Shown here: piece by piece, positions 10,010-20,265 of the stretch
Layout of the letters: each line of letters begins with the position of its first letter
Numbering within the stretch: position 1 is the stretch's first letter
Source: Bacteriovoracia bacterium
GTDB lineage: Bacteria; Bdellovibrionota; UBA1018; CAIPTA01
Length of the DNA stretch: 64,000 nucleotides
Reading direction: 5' to 3'
Assembly: GCA_050246755.1 (NCBI GenBank)
Contig: JBFWVL010000003.1
Location: 258,623 to 322,622, forward strand
Position numbers and translations under genes: made by a program
The notes under the pieces: model-generated
What the model was told of the DNA's origin: nothing
Database searches by the model: none
Seen by the model: only the letters and a program-made list of their open reading frames with translations

Positions 10010-10945
10010 ATGCCGAAGAAGCCCGAGAAACCTGCCGCCGCCGAAGACATTACCCACGTAATCAATCCGGCCACCGATACGCTCAAGATCGACCTAGAGC
10101 TCGCCAAGGCCACCGATCCGGTGCTGATCGTGATCCGAGGCTCACTGCAGGGAAAAAAATATTCGCTCAAGGGCGGCACGAAATTCATCATGGGCCGCGA
10201 TAAAACGGCCGAGATCCAGCTCGAGGACGGCAACGTGAGCCGCCAGCACTGCCAAGTGGTGCGGGTGAACAACGAACTCTTCATCGAAGACCTCGGTTCC
10301 CGCAACGGCACCTTTGTGAACGACGAAGTGATCGGCACCTCTCGCAAGGCACTGGAGAAGGAGGACATGATCAAGGTGGGCTCTACCATTTTGAAATACC
10401 TCCCGGCCGGCCAGCTCGAGACGCTCTACCATATCAATCTCACCAATGCCGCCTCGATGGATAAACTTACGGCGCTCTATAACCGGAAATACATCAACGA
10501 AGTGCTCGACGCCGAGTTCAAGCGCGCCAAGGCCCTCCACTCCGATCTATCCGTAGTGCTCTTCGACATCGATAATTTTAAAAAGATCAACGATACCTAC
10601 GGCCACCCCGCCGGCGACTACGTGCTCGCCACCCTGGGCGCGCAAGTGAAAGCCTCCGGCCTACGCGAGCGCGATCTGGCGGGCCGCTGGGGCGGAGAAG
10701 AATTCATCATCGTGATGTCGAATACCGGCGGCGATCAAGCCATGGAAGCCGCCGAGCGGGTGCGAAAGAAAATCGAGAGCCACGATTTCGTTTACGAAGA
10801 AAAGAAAATTACGGTTACGGTGAGCGTGGGGGTGGCCTACCTCAAAAAAGATTTCCACGAAGGCAACGATATCTACAAAGCGGCCGACAAAGCCCTCTAT
10901 GAATCCAAGCACGCGGGGAAAAATCGCTCCACGATGGCCAGCTAA
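10010..10945 (+). CDS. FHA-GGDEF diguanylate cyclase (DgcB-like)
   Basis: FHA motifs GR, SRQH and DLGSRNGT; GGEEF active site; RERD I-site. Confidence 0.92.
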   Translation: MPKKPEKPAAAEDITHVINPATDTLKIDLELAKATDPVLIVIRGSLQGKKYSLKGGTKFIMGRDKTAEIQLEDGNVSRQHCQVVRVNNELFIEDLGSRNGTFVNDEVIGTSRKALEKEDMIKVGSTILKYLPAGQLETLYHINLTNAASMDKLTALYNRKYINEVLDAEFKRAKALHSDLSVVLFDIDNFKKINDTYGHPAGDYVLATLGAQVKASGLRERDLAGRWGGEEFIIVMSNTGGDQAMEAAERVRKKIESHDFVYEEKKITVTVSVGVAYLKKDFHEGNDIYKAADKALYESKHAGKNRSTMAS

Positions 10946-11961
10946 AAGCCTTTTACTTTTTCTTCCAGCCAGTTCGCCAAGTACTCCACTACCTCTTCCC
11001 AGAAGGAAACCGTGCGCGCTTCTTTGAGGCAATGCTGGAAATCCTGCTTGGCCTTTTCTTTGATGCCGTTCTTCTCCATGAGCTCGATCACCCAGCGCAC
11101 CTGCTCCGGCGTGGTCTCTTCCCGGGAAGCGCGCAGGATAGCCTCGGCTTTTTTCCGCTCTTCGCTATTGCGCGGCAGGGCTTGCAGCAGAAGCACCATT
11201 GGGTAGGAGAGCTTGCCTTCGGCGATGTCGCTACCCGCCACTCCACGGCCCTTGTCTCCCCAGAGATCCAGGAGATCGTCCTGAATCTGGAACGCGCGGC
11301 CCAGATGCAAAGCCGACTGCTCGAGCGCTTTCTGCTCCAGCGCCCCCGCGCCGGCGATCTTGGCGCCGCCGAGCAGGGGCATCGAAAAGAGCGCGGAGGT
11401 TTTTCCCTCCACCATCACCAAATATTGATTCACCGAGATATCTTCGCCCTTGGCGAATCGGCCCTTGAGCGCGAACTCTTCGCTCTGGCCTTCGATCACG
11501 GCCAACGTCTTGCGCTGAAGGTGGTCGAGCAACGCGAGCTTCAGCTCGGGGCTATAGCGCCCTTCCTGAATCAAGAGCTGTGGCACGAAGAACCAAGCAT
11601 CGCCGCAATTGATCGCCTGGGCCGAGGAATATTTCACCCATAGGGTTTCCTGGCCACGGCGGGTACGGTCTTCATCCTGGATATCGTCGTGAATGAGCGT
11701 GGCGTTATGAATCAGCTCCACCGCAAGGGCGTAGGCCGTGCAATCACGGGTGAGAGCAGCCTGATCAGCGCCTTTTTTCCTCGCGTAGGCGAGTGCCGCT
11801 CCGTATACCAACAGCGGGCGCAACCGCTTTCCGCCGGAACGAAAATGGTAGTCGAGCATTTCCCGCATTGGGCTACCGGCCAGAAATCTTTCCTGCGCGC
11901 CAAGGAAGGCGAGATCGAGCAGGGCATTGGTCTCGGTTTGTAACGTCTCCCAGCTGCTCAT
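10942..11961 (-). CDS. Polyprenyl diphosphate synthase
   Basis: GGKRLRP, LIHDDIQD, RRG, GKTS and FQIQDDLLD motifs. Start MSSWE overlaps the lipB stop (ATGA). Confidence 0.92.
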   Translation of the reverse strand: MSSWETLQTETNALLDLAFLGAQERFLAGSPMREMLDYHFRSGGKRLRPLLVYGAALAYARKKGADQAALTRDCTAYALAVELIHNATLIHDDIQDEDRTRRGQETLWVKYSSAQAINCGDAWFFVPQLLIQEGRYSPELKLALLDHLQRKTLAVIEGQSEEFALKGRFAKGEDISVNQYLVMVEGKTSALFSMPLLGGAKIAGAGALEQKALEQSALHLGRAFQIQDDLLDLWGDKGRGVAGSDIAEGKLSYPMVLLLQALPRNSEERKKAEAILRASREETTPEQVRWVIELMEKNGIKEKAKQDFQHCLKEARTVSFWEEVVEYLANWLEEKVKGF

Positions 11962-12647
11962 GGCGTGAGGATCTCCTCGGGTAACTCTAGTTGCCGGTAT
12001 AAAGGGGCTAATTGTTTTTTCAGGGCCTCGCGCACTTGCGCCATGTCCATCGGGCGGTCCAGGCACTCGGCGAGGTTCGTCATCACTTCGGGCGCGAACC
12101 CACAGGGGCTGATCAAGCGAAAGTTTTCCAGCTCGGTATTCACGTTGAGCGCGAGCCCGTGGTAACTCACGCCTCTCCTCACCGCCACGCCGAGGGAGGC
12201 GATTTTTCTCTCGCGCTCCAGCCTATCCTTCAGCCAAACGCCCGTTTTCCCCTCGATCCAGTAGCTTGCCACGCCGAAATCATGGAGCGTGGCGATGAGC
12301 GCATTCTCGAGGGCGCGCAGCAAAGATTTAGGCCCAAATTTCGAGTTCAGCCGCAGTATCGGATACGCCACGATTTGCCCAGGCCCGTGAAAGGTGGCCT
12401 CTCCTCCCCGCTCCACCAACCTCACCGGCACAGAGCCGATCTCGGGCGGAAACAAGGCTTCCTGCTCCCGAATGCCCGGAGATTTTTTTCCGAAGGTGAG
12501 TACCGCGGGATGCTCCACGAAGAGAATGGTATCGGAAATTTTCCCGTCGGCCCGCGCCTCCACTAATTCCAATTGCAAACGCCACGCTTCGTCGTAAGGC
12601 ATGGTGCCGAGATCGCGAAACAGAAGTGGAGAAATCGAAGCGCTCAG
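11958..12647 (-). CDS. lipB: Lipoyl(octanoyl) transferase
   Basis: EHPAVLT, RGGEATFHGPGQ, KIASLG, HGLALNV and PCG motifs. First ATG is at 12602, but the conserved FRDLG lies upstream, so a CTG start at 12647 is proposed. Confidence 0.92.
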   Translation of the reverse strand: MSASISPLLFRDLGTMPYDEAWRLQLELVEARADGKISDTILFVEHPAVLTFGKKSPGIREQEALFPPEIGSVPVRLVERGGEATFHGPGQIVAYPILRLNSKFGPKSLLRALENALIATLHDFGVASYWIEGKTGVWLKDRLERERKIASLGVAVRRGVSYHGLALNVNTELENFRLISPCGFAPEVMTNLAECLDRPMDMAQVREALKKQLAPLYRQLELPEEILTP

Positions 12648-14068
12648 TGCTGAGCCAGCGGGCGGTTGATCACGTGAATCGCGTGGCCAAGCGCAACTTC
12701 TGCTGCCTCCATGGTGGCTTCCCCGAGAGTAGGATGCGCGTGAACGGTGAGCGCTATGTCTTCCACCTGCAAGCCGGCCTCGATCGCGAGCGCCATTTCG
12801 GCGATCATCGTGGACGCCTCGGGCCCGGCGATCGCGGCGCCGATCAGGCGGCCTGTTTTCTTATCGCCGATGAGCTTGGTGAAGCCGTCGGTTTCGCCGG
12901 TGGCGATCGCTTTGCCGAGGGCGGCAAAAGGAAAGGAACCGGCGAAGGTGGTGATGCCTTTCGCTTTCGCTTCCATTTCGGAGAGGCCCACGGTGGCCAC
13001 TTCGGGCTCGCAAAAAATAACCGCGGGCATGGCCTTCACGTCGTACTTCGCCGTTTTCGAGCCGGCGATCACTTCGGCGGCCACGAGGCCTTCCTTGGTG
13101 GCCTTGTGCGCGAGCAGGGGCTGGCCCGCTACGTCGCCGATGGCATAAATTCCGGGAACATTCGTCTGCAAGCGCTCATTCACCTTGATGAAACCTTTGG
13201 CATCAAGGGCTACGCCGAGCTTATCGAGGCCGGCCATGCTGTTCGGGCGGCGACCGACCGTCACTAGAACGCGCTCACACTTCAGTTGCTGCGGCTTGCC
13301 TTCCACCTCGATATCCACGATCACTTCGCCGTTCTTCGCCACCTTCGCGCCCTTGGCGGAAGCATTGGTGATCACGTTCACGTTGCGCTTTTTAAGATTA
13401 CGCGACACCACGGTGCTCACGTCTTGGTCGTAGTAGGAAAGCAAGCGTGGTGCCTGCTCGAGCATCGTTACCTGCGTGCCGAGCTTAGCTAAATAGGTAC
13501 CGATCTCGAGACCGATATAGCCGGCGCCCACCACCACCACGGAGCTCACCGGCCGATCGATTTCGAGAGCACCGGTGGAGGACATGATATTTTTTTCGTC
13601 GAACTTGAAAGCCGGCAGTTCGATCGGCGTCGATCCCACGGCCACCACGAAATTATCGGCCACGATATTGAGAACGCCTTCTTTGGTCTTCACGGAGATC
13701 TCATTCTTCGCGAGGAACGAGGCGTCCCCTTGAAACAACTCCACCTTATTGCCCTTGAGCAAGGTGCTCACGCCGCCGGTGAGCTTCGTGACCACGCTCT
13801 GCTTCCATTCGAGCAGGCCCTTGAAATCCACGTCTACGCCCTTAACCTTAAAGCCCATGCCGTCGGCCTTTTGCATCTTCTCGTAGAAGTTCGCGGCTTT
13901 GATCAGCGCCTTCGAAGGAATACAGCCCACGTTGAGGCATACTCCGCCCACGGACTCACGCTCGATAATCGCCACTTTTTTCCCGAGCTGCGCCAAGCGG
14001 ATCGCACAAGGATAACCACCCGGGCCCGAACCAATCACTACCGCATCAAACTTCTTTTTTTCCGCCAT
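12644..14068 (-). CDS. lpdA: Dihydrolipoyl dehydrogenase (E3)
   Basis: GSGPGG, GGVCLNVGCIPSK and HAHPTLGE motifs. Confidence 0.97.
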   Translation of the reverse strand: MAEKKKFDAVVIGSGPGGYPCAIRLAQLGKKVAIIERESVGGVCLNVGCIPSKALIKAANFYEKMQKADGMGFKVKGVDVDFKGLLEWKQSVVTKLTGGVSTLLKGNKVELFQGDASFLAKNEISVKTKEGVLNIVADNFVVAVGSTPIELPAFKFDEKNIMSSTGALEIDRPVSSVVVVGAGYIGLEIGTYLAKLGTQVTMLEQAPRLLSYYDQDVSTVVSRNLKKRNVNVITNASAKGAKVAKNGEVIVDIEVEGKPQQLKCERVLVTVGRRPNSMAGLDKLGVALDAKGFIKVNERLQTNVPGIYAIGDVAGQPLLAHKATKEGLVAAEVIAGSKTAKYDVKAMPAVIFCEPEVATVGLSEMEAKAKGITTFAGSFPFAALGKAIATGETDGFTKLIGDKKTGRLIGAAIAGPEASTMIAEMALAIEAGLQVEDIALTVHAHPTLGEATMEAAEVALGHAIHVINRPLAQH

Positions 14069-14080
14069 GCCAGTCCTCTT

Positions 14081-14350
14081 TTATTCCAAAAATTCTACGC
14101 CGAGCCGAACCACGCGCTCCCCCGACTGTTCTTTCCAAACCACTTTGCCCTCAAGCTCGGGCTGCTCGCCGATCTTCACTTTCACCTTCGCGCCTTTGAG
14201 CGGCGCGAAATCTTCGATCACCACCAGGCCGCAGCCGCGAAACGCCTCGCTGAATACCAGCGCCGGAATCGTTTTATTGATCCAGGCCAGGCCGGGAGTT
14301 TCCGGCTCGAAGCGAATCGACTGCCGTTTGGCGGGCGTTTTCTTGGCCAC
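14081..14350 (-). CDS. Small PilZ-like protein
   Basis: RQSIR (RxxxR), degenerate SEAFRG, and a GKVVW...GVEF beta-barrel pattern. Confidence 0.6.
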   Translation of the reverse strand: MAKKTPAKRQSIRFEPETPGLAWINKTIPALVFSEAFRGCGLVVIEDFAPLKGAKVKVKIGEQPELEGKVVWKEQSGERVVRLGVEFLE

Positions 14351-15622
14351 TTAGAATTGATCTCCCAATAGCTCGAGCAATAAAATTTTCGGGTCTTGCA
14401 GAAGAGCCACCACGCGGTTCATGAAACGCGCGGCCACCGCTCCGTCCACCACGCGGTGATCGAGCGAGAGCGAAAGGTAAATCACATCGCGGATCACGAT
14501 CTGCTCGTTTACCACCATGGGGCGGCGTTTGATCTGGTGCACGCCCATGATCGCCACTTCCGGGTAGTTGATGATGGGTGGAGCGAAGAGCCCGCCGATA
14601 TTGCCCGCGTTGGAGATCGTGAAGGTGCCTTCCTGCAGGTCGTGCACGGCGAGCTTTTTATCGCGCGCCTTCTTTCCGAGCTCCTGGATCTCGGCCGAAA
14701 GCTCCCAGATACCTTTGCAGTCCACGTCTTTCAGCACGGGCACGGTGAGGCCGTCCGGCGTGTCCACCGCCATGCCGATATTATAGTACTTCTTGTAAAT
14801 AATTTCGGTAGGGCTTCCGTTTTCTTCCAGCAGCGTGGCATTGAGGTCTGGGAATTCCTTCAGCGCGATCACCACTGCCTTGGCGATGAAAGGCAAGAAA
14901 GTGATCTTGGTGCCCATCGCTTCGGCCTTGGGCTTAAGTTTGGTGCGGAACTCGGAGAGCTCGGTGATATCGCACTCTTCCACGTAGGAAAAGTTCGCCA
15001 CGGTATGCATCGAGAGCGCCATTTTTTCGGCGATCTTGCGGCGTAAGCCGCGCACCGGAACGCGCTCTTCGCTGCGCTGGCCGCGTACGCCGCCGCCGAT
15101 GAAGGTGCGGTTCGCCATGCCGGCCGCCGAGCCGCCCTTGAAATTTTCCACGTCTTCGAGGAGCACGCGGCCATGGGGGCCGGTGCCGCGCACGAACCCG
15201 ATATCCACGCCTTTATCGCGGGCGAGCTTGCGCACCGCGGGCGCGGCCTGCACGTCGGGGTTCGCGGCGGCCGGGCGCGGCGCTGGAGCAGAAGGAATCA
15301 CAGTCACCGGTGCTTTTGCCACGGGGGCAGCGGCAGGAGCTGCCTTCACCGCCGGTGCCGGAGCTTTTTCAGCTTTCGCGGACGAAGTGCCCGAGCCCTC
15401 GAGGCGCATCATCACGGCGCCTACTTTGGCGATATCGCCTTCCTTGAAAACGAGCTCCGAAACTTTCCCGGTATACTTCGTAGGAATTTCCACGGTGGCT
15501 TTGTCGGTCATGATCTCGAGCACCACTTGGTCTTCGGTCACTTGATCGCCCGGCTTCACGCGCCACTTCACCACTTCGCCTTCCATTACGCCTTCACCCA
15601 GATCAGGAAGCTTCAGGTCCAT
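14351..15622 (-). CDS. 2-oxoacid dehydrogenase E2 (dihydrolipoamide acyltransferase), single lipoyl domain
   Basis: Lipoyl TDKA, E3-binding APAVRKLA...GTGPHGR and catalytic DHRVVDG. Confidence 0.95.
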   Translation of the reverse strand: MDLKLPDLGEGVMEGEVVKWRVKPGDQVTEDQVVLEIMTDKATVEIPTKYTGKVSELVFKEGDIAKVGAVMMRLEGSGTSSAKAEKAPAPAVKAAPAAAPVAKAPVTVIPSAPAPRPAAANPDVQAAPAVRKLARDKGVDIGFVRGTGPHGRVLLEDVENFKGGSAAGMANRTFIGGGVRGQRSEERVPVRGLRRKIAEKMALSMHTVANFSYVEECDITELSEFRTKLKPKAEAMGTKITFLPFIAKAVVIALKEFPDLNATLLEENGSPTEIIYKKYYNIGMAVDTPDGLTVPVLKDVDCKGIWELSAEIQELGKKARDKKLAVHDLQEGTFTISNAGNIGGLFAPPIINYPEVAIMGVHQIKRRPMVVNEQIVIRDVIYLSLSLDHRVVDGAVAARFMNRVVALLQDPKILLLELLGDQF

Positions 15623-16554
15623 TGCTGTATCTCCTCGTTAGAAATCACTGCGCCCAGGGGAGCGCGTTCGTCCAAAAATGCCTTGATGAAAAATTCTCCG
15701 GCCCGGTAAGAGCTGCGCACGAGCGGCCCCGAAGCCACGTACTTGAAACCGATCTCTTTGCCGAGATCTTCGTAGCGCTTGAACTGCTCGGGAGAAACGA
15801 ACTCTTTTACCTCGAGGTGCCAGGAAGAAGGCTGGAGGTATTGGCCGAGGGTGAAAATTTCCACGCCGGCCTCGAAGCAGTCTTTCATCGCCTGAATCAC
15901 TTCTTCTTCCGCTTCACCCAGGCCCAGCATGATTGAAGATTTCGTCACGATACCCGGTTTGATTTCTTTGGCGGCTTTCAGGATGCGCAACGATTGGCGG
16001 TAGGTGGCGCGGCGATCACGAACAGCGGGAGTAAGGCGCTCCGACGTTTCGATATTGTGCGCGAACACGTCGATGCCGTTGGAATCGAGCAGGATCTTCA
16101 GCAAATCTTCGCGGCCCTGAAAATCACCGGCGAGGGTTTCGATACGCAGGTGAGGATTTACTTTTTTTACCTGCGCCACGATCTGGTGAAAGTGGGCGGC
16201 CCCCTGGTCGGCCAAATCATCGCGATCCACAGTCGTGATCACCACGTAGTCGAGCTTCATATCGAGCAAAGATTTCGCTACGTGAAAGGGCTCAAGGGGA
16301 TCAAGGGCGCCCGGGGTTTTTGCGGTTTTCACGTTACAGAACTTACAGCCGCGGGTACAGGTATCGCCCATCACCATGATCGTGGCGGTTCCTCCGCCCC
16401 AGCATTCGCCGATATTCGGGCAGCGCGCCTCTTCGCAAACGGTGGCGAGCTTACGCTCCCTCATCATTTCTTTGATTTTTAGGTAAGCCTCGCCGCCCGG
16501 TGCGCGCACTTTCAGCCATTCCGGCTTCGGTTTTTTGGCGAGGTTTTCCGTCAT
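15613..16554 (-). CDS. lipA: Lipoyl synthase
   Basis: [20 protein letters not shown] and RSSY motifs. Confidence 0.97.
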   Translation of the reverse strand: MTENLAKKPKPEWLKVRAPGGEAYLKIKEMMRERKLATVCEEARCPNIGECWGGGTATIMVMGDTCTRGCKFCNVKTAKTPGALDPLEPFHVAKSLLDMKLDYVVITTVDRDDLADQGAAHFHQIVAQVKKVNPHLRIETLAGDFQGREDLLKILLDSNGIDVFAHNIETSERLTPAVRDRRATYRQSLRILKAAKEIKPGIVTKSSIMLGLGEAEEEVIQAMKDCFEAGVEIFTLGQYLQPSSWHLEVKEFVSPEQFKRYEDLGKEIGFKYVASGPLVRSSYRAGEFFIKAFLDERAPLGAVISNEEIQQWT

Positions 16555-16674
16555 AGGGGGAAGTTACCGAAGGGGGCCTTAAAAGTCCACGGAAACCCCG
16601 ACCCGGATCGGAGCGAACGCTTTGAATTTACATGGTAAGCAGGAGAACTAACGCGTTGCTTCTTCGCTGAGTAG

Positions 16675-16869
16675 TTACCACTCGGCGAGCATTTGATCTT
16701 TGCCGATTTCCGTTACATACACGTGGCCCGCTGGGCAAACATGCTGCTCCACGATCACCGAAGGATCGTCGGGAGCGGCCGCGCGGCGAAGCGGAATGGA
16801 TTTAAACTTCACGCCGCATACAGGGCAGGGCATTTCGCGTTCGAGAGGGTGTTTAGGCAAATCCAGCAT
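16675..16869 (-). CDS. Small putative Zn-binding protein
   Basis: CPVC...CPAGH; co-oriented within the operon. Confidence 0.5.
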   Translation of the reverse strand: MLDLPKHPLEREMPCPVCGVKFKSIPLRRAAAPDDPSVIVEQHVCPAGHVYVTEIGKDQMLAEW

Positions 16870-16878
16870 AGAAAAATC

Positions 16879-17889
16879 CTAGCATAGCTCTACGCGGGCT
16901 TCCAAATAACGATTTGGCCCGGAAAGCTCGGAGTAACGGGTATTGTCGAAACGTAGCTCTAGCGGAGTCCCGCCTTGGAGGAAGCGTACCTTTTCCGCGC
17001 GGGCGAGCGCTTGCACCGTATCGGCCGGAAATTTTAGATTTTCGATCAAACCGAAACGGAGCGCCAAACGGAATAAGTCGGGATCGTCGCTAAGCTCCAG
17101 GGTAAGCAAACCGAGAGAAGCCAAATCCCTAAGCAAGGCGCCTAAATCCGGAAATCCGTTTTCGAAAGCCAAACGGCGCGTACCGGGAATCTGCGGAGCT
17201 TCGTTGCTTTGGTAGAGCACGCGCCGCGGAGCCGGCCTTTCCCAGCCTTCGGCGTCGAGCACTACCTGCCAAGCTGACCCGATGGGTTGCGCGGGAACTT
17301 TACCGGCGCGGTAGATCACGGCATCCACGGAGCTGGGCAAAATATCCTGCTGAGAAAACTGCAAATCCACGCCGTTCGTTCCGGGATGTAATTCTACCCG
17401 AGCCTCCAGCGTGGCCACGCCTTTATGCAGCCATTTACTGTAGGGATCGAGCAAAGTTTGGGCGAGGCGCGCTTCTTCGCCGTCGGCCAGAACCACTTCC
17501 ACGCCCATACGCTCCAGCGTGGTGGTGCCTTCGCCGCGTAATTTCTGCGCGGGATCCAGGCAACCGATCACTACCCTCTTCACCCCGAGGCGGCGGATGG
17601 ATTCGGTCACCGGCGGCAAGCGCGCGAAAGTGGCTTTGGGTTCCAGCGTTAAATACAAGGTGGGCTCTTTCGCTTCGCCGGCTTTTTCCACGAGGCGGGA
17701 CACGGCATCTTCACGATCTCCGCCGCTGAACACTTCCACCCCGATAGAGCGAGCGCCCTCCGCGAGCAAGGCGCACCAAGAAGCCTCTACCTGATCCGTG
17801 AGACGCTCGGGGGGGCGACGCGCGCCCTCGAGCGCCCGGCAAGCCTGGGCGAGGAGTACGCGATCTTGGTCGGTGAAAGTTCCCATCAT
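16879..17889 (-). CDS. Degenerate RibD-like (deaminase-reductase fold) protein lacking Zn ligands
   Basis: TLYLTLEP, GVKRVVIGCLDP and DLGALLRDLASLG match RibD, but HAE and both Cys ligands are absent. Confidence 0.7.
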   Translation of the reverse strand: MMGTFTDQDRVLLAQACRALEGARRPPERLTDQVEASWCALLAEGARSIGVEVFSGGDREDAVSRLVEKAGEAKEPTLYLTLEPKATFARLPPVTESIRRLGVKRVVIGCLDPAQKLRGEGTTTLERMGVEVVLADGEEARLAQTLLDPYSKWLHKGVATLEARVELHPGTNGVDLQFSQQDILPSSVDAVIYRAGKVPAQPIGSAWQVVLDAEGWERPAPRRVLYQSNEAPQIPGTRRLAFENGFPDLGALLRDLASLGLLTLELSDDPDLFRLALRFGLIENLKFPADTVQALARAEKVRFLQGGTPLELRFDNTRYSELSGPNRYLEARVELC

Positions 17890-17893
17890 CGGC

Positions 17894-18955
17894 TTAGGCC
17901 TGTTCCTGCGCGAGCTCGAGCATTTCTTTTTCAATATGGTTCGCCTGGGGCACGCTCACGTCTTCCAGCGTCGGGCAGATGCCAATTCCCGGCAATTGCT
18001 TCCCAGCCAAGAGACGAGGGCGCACTTTCAGGGAATAGAATAATTCATCGCAGGTACGGCGCAGCAGGTGCTCGCCGAAGTTCGCTACTTCGGTATCTTC
18101 GTTCACAAAGAGCACGCGGCCGGTTCTCTCGATGGAGCTTTTAATCGCTTCCCAATCGTAGGGGTAGATCGTGCGCAGGTCGAATACGTCGTAGTGAATC
18201 CCCTGCTCTTTCAACTTTTCGGCGATACTGATCACGAGCGGCATCTGTCGTCCGTAGGAAATCACGGTGGCCGTATCCCCTTCCATCACGTGCTTAGCTT
18301 TGCCGATCGGCACGGAATAATGCTCGAGCTTAGGCCATTTGGCTTTCCAGGTGAGGCGCGCCTTGGCATCCACGGGAGCGTCGATCATATCGCGCAATGC
18401 TTTATCGGTATCAGGCTCGCCGGGAATCAATTCGGATCCGCGCGCGCGCATCAGGCCTTTCGGAATGAGGTAGAGCACGGGATTCGGATCTTCAATTGCG
18501 GCCAGCATCAAGCCGTAGGCATCGAGGGGCGTGGAAGGCATCACCACTTTCCACCCCGGAATCCGGGCAGCCCAGGCGTCGAAAGAGTGCGAGTGGTAGA
18601 CCGAGCCGTGAATGCCGGAGCCCACGGGCGTCATCACCACGATCGGCACGTTGAACTCGCCGTTCGAAGTCCAGGAGGCGTTGCCCGCCAGCTTCAAGAG
18701 ATCGATGGTATTGAAAATATAATCGCAGAACTGCACTTCGGCCACGCAGCGTTTTCCCGCCAAGCCAAGGCCCGTGGCCATACCGATGATCCCCCGCTCA
18801 TCGAGCGGGCAGTTCCAGGATTTGGTGAGACCCTGGGTAACGGTGAAGGCTCCCCCGAGAGGAGGGCCAACGTCTTCGCCGAAGATATCGCTGACTTCTA
18901 AATTCTGCTCGCCGTAGTGGAGAGCCATCCGGATTGCTTGCGCGAGTGATGCCAT
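17894..18955 (-). CDS. 2-oxoacid (probably branched-chain) dehydrogenase E1 beta subunit
   Basis: FGEDVG, PLDERGI, AEVQFCDY, YHSHS and DLRTIYP motifs. Confidence 0.93.
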   Translation of the reverse strand: MASLAQAIRMALHYGEQNLEVSDIFGEDVGPPLGGAFTVTQGLTKSWNCPLDERGIIGMATGLGLAGKRCVAEVQFCDYIFNTIDLLKLAGNASWTSNGEFNVPIVVMTPVGSGIHGSVYHSHSFDAWAARIPGWKVVMPSTPLDAYGLMLAAIEDPNPVLYLIPKGLMRARGSELIPGEPDTDKALRDMIDAPVDAKARLTWKAKWPKLEHYSVPIGKAKHVMEGDTATVISYGRQMPLVISIAEKLKEQGIHYDVFDLRTIYPYDWEAIKSSIERTGRVLFVNEDTEVANFGEHLLRRTCDELFYSLKVRPRLLAGKQLPGIGICPTLEDVSVPQANHIEKEMLELAQEQA

Positions 18956-18970
18956 AAATTCCTCAAATTC

Positions 18971-20023
18971 CTAGTGGTGGGCCGGGGGCGGTGGGTTCTG
19001 GGCGAAATCGATTCCGATCTGCCGCGCGAACTCGTCGCGTCCTTTATCGCCGTCTTGCTCGGCCCATACGTGGTCGTAAATGGTTTCGGGAGCGGGAAAG
19101 GGCTCCTTCTGCACTTGTTTATAAGCCTCGGTAATCTTGGCGAGAGTTTTTTCCTGGATGGACTTCATCTCGTCCTTGTTCATTACCTTCATCTTGATCA
19201 GCTTCTCGCCGAAGATTTCCAGGCAATCCTCTTCGCTGGAACGAGGAGAGCCGGATGCGGAGGAGTGCCCGTAGAGGCGGCTCACCTTAAGCTCGAGCAA
19301 GAAAGGCTTGCGCTCGGTGCGCACGTAGTCCATCGCTTCTTCGAGCGCTTCCCAGCATTCCCAAACATCGTTGCCGTTGGCCACGGCGGTCTTGATGCCG
19401 AATGCTTTTCCGCGGTCCGCGATGTATTTTTCTCCATGCTGGCCATCCCAGGGAGTAGAGATACCGAAACGATTATTCGTAACGATCATCAATAAAGGAG
19501 AAAGACCGGCCGGGCGGCTCGACCAAACCAATGCGCTCGCGAAGTCGCCTTCAGCCGTGCCAGCATCTCCGCCGGTAACGATGGTGATTCCTTTGCAGCC
19601 TTTTTCCCGCTGCGCATGGGCGGTGCCGATAGCCTGAAGGTATTGGGCTTCGATCACGGAAAATACGGGAACCACGTTCCATTTCTTGATCGCGAAGTGG
19701 TTCACGAAATTGCGGCCGCCGGAATAAGGATCCGTGCTCACGGCGCGCATTTGGCGGATCGAATCGATAGATTTTCCGCCCATGGCCAAGATGGTAGCGC
19801 CGGCGCGGTAATGGAGGTGGAGGAAATCGTTCTGGATCCCCTCCCCCTTCTTCACCAGCATTCCCAGCGGAATGGCGAAAGCCTCTTCCCCAGGCCCGCC
19901 AATCCAAAAATAACCTTCACCGGATTTATTCATGTGAATGAGACGCTCTTCGACAATGCGCGCCTCCACCATCAGGGAGTAAATCTCGCGCAATTTCTCA
20001 TTGCTGAGCTTCTTCGTGGCCAT
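18971..20023 (-). CDS. 2-oxoacid (probably branched-chain) dehydrogenase E1 alpha subunit
   Basis: TPP-binding GDAGTAEG...NNRFGIS and RLYGHSS. Confidence 0.93.
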   Translation of the reverse strand: MATKKLSNEKLREIYSLMVEARIVEERLIHMNKSGEGYFWIGGPGEEAFAIPLGMLVKKGEGIQNDFLHLHYRAGATILAMGGKSIDSIRQMRAVSTDPYSGGRNFVNHFAIKKWNVVPVFSVIEAQYLQAIGTAHAQREKGCKGITIVTGGDAGTAEGDFASALVWSSRPAGLSPLLMIVTNNRFGISTPWDGQHGEKYIADRGKAFGIKTAVANGNDVWECWEALEEAMDYVRTERKPFLLELKVSRLYGHSSASGSPRSSEEDCLEIFGEKLIKMKVMNKDEMKSIQEKTLAKITEAYKQVQKEPFPAPETIYDHVWAEQDGDKGRDEFARQIGIDFAQNPPPPAHH

Positions 20024-20265
20024 TCCTCTAGCTCCTTGGTCGTTAATTGAGACTACGATTCACTGTTCCGGGAGCCGAGAAAAGCGGGGAAAAATTTTCG
20101 GGAGTTTTTGCCGGCTGCGGCTTTCACGGCAACGGAATCGGCTTTTAATCTCACTACTTAATTTAGTCGCGGTTCACGGCCGGTCGCTATAGAATCGATA
20201 GTCACCAGCCCTACTTGATTACTATATTTTTTTGGCAGTGTAACCTAAAAGCTGAAGGGGATTTT

